This document shows positions 58,586 through 64,000 of a stretch of DNA of 64,000 bases, in pieces (position 1 is the stretch's first letter; every line of letters starts with the position of its first letter). The DNA lies in contig CAVQUB010000003.1 in the NCBI GenBank assembly GCA_963716725.1, positions 128,001 through 192,000 on the forward strand, in the 5' to 3' direction. The position numbers were made by a program, and so were the translations under genes. The notes under the pieces were generated by a model. It worked only from the letters and a program-made list of their open reading frames with translations. It was not told the DNA's origin and searched no databases. This DNA comes from an uncultured delta proteobacterium (lineage in GTDB: Bacteria > Myxococcota_A > Polyangia > Polyangiales > Polyangiaceae).

Positions 58586-61500
58586 GGCTCCTCCGCACGC
58601 GCGGAGGTCTACCCCATCGGACGAGCGCCCGGACTGGCGGCGTGGCTCCTCCGCACGCGCGGAGGTCTACCCGATCCGCCAGCGGCCGCCGACGCCGACG
58701 CGGCTCCTCCGCACGCGCGGAGGTCTACCCTGCGGCGGGACGACCGATCCGCCGCCGGGCTCCTCCGCACGCGCGGAGGTCTACCTCGTGCCTTGACGGA
58801 CCGCACCGCCGCAGGCTCCTCCGCACGCGCGGAGGTCTACCCTGCACCGGCACGGTGCTTTCATCGGGCTAGGCTCCTCCGCACGCGCGGAGGTCTACCC
58901 GTCGGTCGCACGGCCGACGCGGCAGGGCTCCTCCGCACGCGCGGAGGTCTACCCACGTCAGCGCGCCGAGTCGCGCACGGCTCCTCCGCACGCGCGGAGG
59001 TCTACCTGTACCGACGTGATGGCGGGACGGCCAGGCTCCTCCGCACGCGCGGAGGTCTACCCGATCGCGGCACGGGCGCGGCTGGGCGGCTCCTCCGCAC
59101 GCGCGGAGGTCTACCCGACGCGGGACGCCGTCCCAGCGCGACGCGGGCTCCTCCGCACGCGCGGAGGTCTACCTCGACGCGTGGCGCGGTGCGCGTACGC
59201 GCGAGCGCGGCTCCTCCGCACGCGCGGAGGTCTACCTGCCTCCGACGCGCCACGTCGTACTCGCGCGACGCGGGCTCCTCCGCACGCGCGGAGGTCTACC
59301 CGGAGCTGTCGCGCGTCGATGTGCTCGAACTGAAGGCTCCTCCGCACGCGCGGAGGTCTACCCTGCACTCGTGGACCATGCGCGCGAGTCGCGTCGAGGG
59401 CTCCTCCGCACGCGCGGAGGTCTACCTTCTTCCTTGATTTTGCAGGCTTTTCCCAGAAAGGCTCCTCCGCACGCGCGGAGGTCTACCCGGGTGGGAGTGC
59501 TAGCCGCACTCGTCGCGGTAGGCTCCTCCGCACGCGCGGAGGTCTACCCGCTAGCGGTGTGGGTTCGCATCCCGGTGTCGAGGCTCCTCCGCACGCGCGG
59601 AGGTCTACCGTCTTCTGCCACTGGCTTTGCTCCTTGCTCCGTGGCTCCTCCGCACGCGCGGAGGTCTACCCATCGAAAAAAGAGCCTGTGAAGATGCGGT
59701 AGAGGCTCCTCCGCACGCGCGGAGGTCTACCTTCGAGAATCTCCCACCGTACACCATAGACTTGGGCTCCTCCGCACGCGCGGAGGTCTACCTTGCGCAT
59801 ATCCGTCAGCTTCGAATATCCCAGTGGCTCCTCCGCACGCGCGGAGGTCTACCCCGTTCAAGAACGCCATCCGCCGCGACCTCGACGGCTCCTCCGCACG
59901 CGCGGAGGTCTACCTTCTCCCCAGCGAAACGGCAGCGGACCGTAGCCGGCTCCTCCGCACGCGCGGAGGTCTACCTTCCACCAACCGCAGCAAGCAACCC
60001 AAGACCTAGGCTCCTCCGCACGCGCGGAGGTCTACCCCGCTCAAGAACGCCATCCGTCGCGACTGCGGCGGCTCCTCCGCACGCGCGGAGGTCTACCTGT
60101 TCGACACTTCGACGGACGCATCAAAAACATGGCTCCTCCGCACGCGCGGAGGTCTACCCCAGGGCTGGGTCTGGCTCCCCGAATGGCAGGCGGCTCCTCC
60201 GCACGCGCGGAGGTCTACCCTGATGAAGGCTCGCCCCGAGCTCGATGCAACGGGCTCCTCCGCACGCGCGGAGGTCTACCCCTGGCGCCCCCGGTGATCG
60301 TGGTGCCCGCGTCGGCTCCTCCGCACGCGCGGAGGTCTACCTGATGTCCACCGTTGAAACATCGGCGCCGGCAGGGCTCCTCCGCACGCGCGGAGGTCTA
60401 CCCTTCACCGCCAAAGGTGCGAGACTCGAAGCGTGGGCTCCTCCGCACGCGCGGAGGTCTACCTCCTGTCCCCGATCCGAAGCCAAGCGCGGAAGAGGCT
60501 CCTCCGCACGCGCGGAGGTCTACCTTATGACCGGTTCTCTCCCCGAATCACGCTCCAGGCTCCTCCGCACGCGCGGAGGTCTACCCTGCTTGCGAAGGCG
60601 GAAGCCGCTGCGATCAAGGGCTCCTCCGCACGCGCGGAGGTCTACCCGTCAACCAGTGGGCCCGAGGGCAGGTGTTTCAGGCTCCTCCGCACGCGCGGAG
60701 GTCTACCCGCGATGGTGCGCGTTGCTGACCTGTTGCTGGCGGCTCCTCCGCACGCGCGGAGGTCTACCTCAATCGGCTTTCCGCAAAGCGTTCCGGGCGA
60801 AGGCTCCTCCGCACGCGCGGAGGTCTACCCAATGACATGCGATGCTTCACATCGGCGATTCCGGCTCCTCCGCACGCGCGGAGGTCTACCCGCTAAGCGC
60901 GCTTGACACTGCTATCCCTTGCCGGCTCCTCCGCACGCGCGGAGGTCTACCTCCCGAGCGACTGGGACGCGAGAGCGGTGAAAGGGCTCCTCCGCACGCG
61001 CGGAGGTCTACCCAGAGGTGGCCAACGCTACGGGTACACGGTGACGGCTCCTCCGCACGCGCGGAGGTCTACCCTATTACACCACCCGCGAAGCCTTGGA
61101 GCTTGGGGCTCCTCCGCACGCGCGGAGGTCTACCCCTTCCCACAGAGCAAGAGAAACGAAGCCTAGCGGCTCCTCCGCACGCGCGGAGGTCTACCTTGAT
61201 TCCTATTGGCTACTCCGAGAGCGACTGGGGCTCCTCCGCACGCGCGGAGGTCTACCCCTGATCACGAGTCCGCCAGCCAATGGTCAGCAGGCTCCTCCGC
61301 ACGCGCGGAGGTCTACCCGGGGCCGATGGCTTTGCGGGCACCCACATTCAGGCTCCTCCGCACGCGCGGAGGTCTACCTCGAATACTCCGACCGCTATCG
61401 AGTTCCGCCCAGGCTCCTCCGCACGCGCGGAGGTCTACCCTCCACGTCGCTCACGCCCCCGCACTCATCGCAGGCTCCTCCGCACGCGCGGAGGTCTACC

Positions 61501-63999
61501 CGGTCCGCGGTATTCGTCGCCGCCTACGCTTCCGGCTCCTCCGCACGCGCGGAGGTCTACCCCCGTCGTGCAGTTCGCGACCGCTTCTGGCGCTGGCTCC
61601 TCCGCACGCGCGGAGGTCTACCCCCACACCACAAGGCTAGCGCAAGCAAGCGCCAGGCTCCTCCGCACGCGCGGAGGTCTACCTCGACATCCGCTCGATG
61701 ACGCAGACGTGCACGCGGCTCCTCCGCACGCGCGGAGGTCTACCCAGCGGGCTTCGCTCGATGCTGTCGAAGCTGACGGCTCCTCCGCACGCGCGGAGGT
61801 CTACCCGCAGGCGGCACCGTCACGCAGGTCGGCCCGACGGCTCCTCCGCACGCGCGGAGGTCTACCCACCAGCACCACGGACGGCGGCAGCCTGGCCCAG
61901 GCTCCTCCGCACGCGCGGAGGTCTACCCCGGGTCCGCGATGCTTCCAGATACGCCTCTTCGGCTCCTCCGCACGCGCGGAGGTCTACCTGCCTCTACGAC
62001 GGCGCTCGGCTCGCATCCCAGGGCTCCTCCGCACGCGCGGAGGTCTACCTATCACTTTCCCGCTGAGTGCAGTCGCTCTGGGGCTCCTCCGCACGCGCGG
62101 AGGTCTACCCGATGCCGGTGATCGGCAAGCGTCTGGCGCGTTGGCTCCTCCGCACGCGCGGAGGTCTACCTGTCACGCTGCTGCTCAGCAAGCGCGAGCT
62201 TCAGGCTCCTCCGCACGCGCGGAGGTCTACCCCCGCAAGAATCGATCGGTGTGTCGAGCGGCCCGGCTCCTCCGCACGCGCGGAGGTCTACCTCGTGGTG
62301 GACGTGGCCCGTGTAGAAGTGGCGAGGCTCCTCCGCACGCGCGGAGGTCTACCGCCGTGGATCAAGACCGAGATCGACCGCGCGGGGGCTCCTCCGCACG
62401 CGCGGAGGTCTACCCGAATCGGCAGCGGGCAGAATCCTCCAAGCGGCGGCTCCTCCGCACGCGCGGAGGTCTACCCTCGGCGCGTCGAAGAGCGAGGCCG
62501 ACCGGCTGGGCTCCTCCGCACGCGCGGAGGTCTACCTATCACTTTCCCGCTGAGTGCAGTCGCTCTGGGGCTCCTCCGCACGCGCGGAGGTCTACCCGCT
62601 GACGGTGTACGGTCGGATCTCGAACTCGGGGCTCCTCCGCACGCGCGGAGGTCTACCCTCCAGGCGGGCCGCGGGAGCGCCTACACCACGGGCTCCTCCG
62701 CACGCGCGGAGGTCTACCGCCGCGGTGAGGTTCGTGAGCGCCGAGCCGTTGGGCTCCTCCGCACGCGCGGAGGTCTACCCCTTCGTCTCGCTCGGGTGCG
62801 AATCGACGTCTGGGCTCCTCCGCACGCGCGGAGGTCTACCCTGGGGACTCGCAGAGAACGGCGGACAGGCGGTGGCTCCTCCGCACGCGCGGAGGTCTAC
62901 CCCAGTAGTCCCCGTTAGGGTAGACGTACACGTCGGCTCCTCCGCACGCGCGGAGGTCTACCTGGACGTTGACCCATGGCGCGGACCTCTGTCCAGGCTC
63001 CTCCGCACGCGCGGAGGTCTACCTCGGCCTGAATAGCTATCAGACCATCCCGTTCGGGCTCCTCCGCACGCGCGGAGGTCTACCCACCATCCGGTTCTAC
63101 GGGGTCGGAGCGACGACGGCTCCTCCGCACGCGCGGAGGTCTACCCGTCGAGGGCTTCCTGGCTGCGCTCGAGAAGGCGGCTCCTCCGCACGCGCGGAGG
63201 TCTACCTTGATGTGACCGCGGGGACCTACACCTTCTCTGGGCTCCTCCGCACGCGCGGAGGTCTACCCGCAGCGGCGCAGATGAACCGCGGCGTTCCCGA
63301 GGCTCCTCCGCACGCGCGGAGGTCTACCTGTCCATCTCTCGCGCGCACGGCGGGACGAGCGGGCTCCTCCGCACGCGCGGAGGTCTACCTTGCGAAGCCA
63401 TGTGAGCATCGAGATAAAGCACGGCTCCTCCGCACGCGCGGAGGTCTACCGCCGAGGACACGCTTGCCTTGTTCGTGGACCTGGGCTCCTCCGCACGCGC
63501 GGAGGTCTACCCGACTTTTGGCTACTGGACCGCGGGTTCAGCGTGGCTCCTCCGCACGCGCGGAGGTCTACCCGAGTATTTACAGAGCACGTACTACCTC
63601 GCGCAGGCTCCTCCGCACGCGCGGAGGTCTACCTCAGCGAACAGGCTGAGGCGGTCGCGGAGGTCGGGCTCCTCCGCACGCGCGGAGGTCTACCCCTGAA
63701 GGCGGTGTCAGCTCTCGGGCGCAAGGGGGCTCCTCCGCACGCGCGGAGGTCTACCCGTCGTCCCCGCGCTGCCGTCCGTGCGGTGGTAGGCTCCTCCGCA
63801 CGCGCGGAGGTCTACCCCCCTATGGCGCATATGCGTCGGGCTCCGGCGAGGCTCCTCCGCACGCGCGGAGGTCTACCTCGTTGGCAAGTGGGGAAAAAAG
63901 GGCGGGCTGAGGCTCCTCCGCACGCGCGGAGGTCTACCTGGTGGGTAGCCGTTCCCGCTCCGGTCCAAGATGGCTCCTCCGCACGCGCGGAGGTCTACC
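58586..63999 (+). CRISPR. Type I-E array, 28-bp repeat GGCTCCTCCGCACGCGCGGAGGTCTACC, 90 repeats and 89 spacers in window, continues past the edge
   Basis: Repeats look identical by eye, with a CCTCCGC/GCGGAGG hairpin; 61-bp period from 59399 onward. Confidence 0.99.
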
Positions 64000-64000
64000 C

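Noticed and set aside
58499..63699. Many ORFs with repeating GSSARAEVY / LLRTRGGLP / APPHARRST motifs
   Set aside because: These are translations of the stop-free CRISPR repeat, not proteins.
63878..63910. Spacer 88 loosely resembles 48565-48593 (A-run then G-run, ending GCTGA)
   Set aside because: Gapped, low-complexity similarity only; not a credible protospacer.

Overview
GC-rich bacterial chromosome segment with myxobacterial (Polyangiaceae-like) gene content; the taxon is inferred from gene families. Bases 1-48.5 kb hold about 45 housekeeping, envelope and lipoprotein genes (radical SAM/SPASM, FabG/PhaB-like reductase, UDP-sugar pyrophosphorylase, sppA, proB, pcnB, S41 protease, coaX, lgt, Ser/Thr kinase, ftsEX-envC, PBP). 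A hairpin-rich region with an internally deleted four-helix-bundle gene follows, then a complete type I-E cas operon (cas3-cas8e-cas11-cas7-cas5-cas6e-cas1-cas2, 49.4-58.5 kb). A CRISPR array of at least 90 repeats and 89 spacers runs off the window end. The key observation is that spacer 15 (59427-59459) is a perfect 33/33 match to this same chromosome at 23345-23377, spanning a stop codon and the AT-rich region upstream of a lipoprotein gene, although Cas3 looks intact. The 14 spacers ahead of it have irregular lengths (25-36 bp versus a near-constant 33 bp). Two frameshifts in homopolymer runs suggest long-read consensus errors, so read-level checks matter. I compared spacers to the window by eye only.
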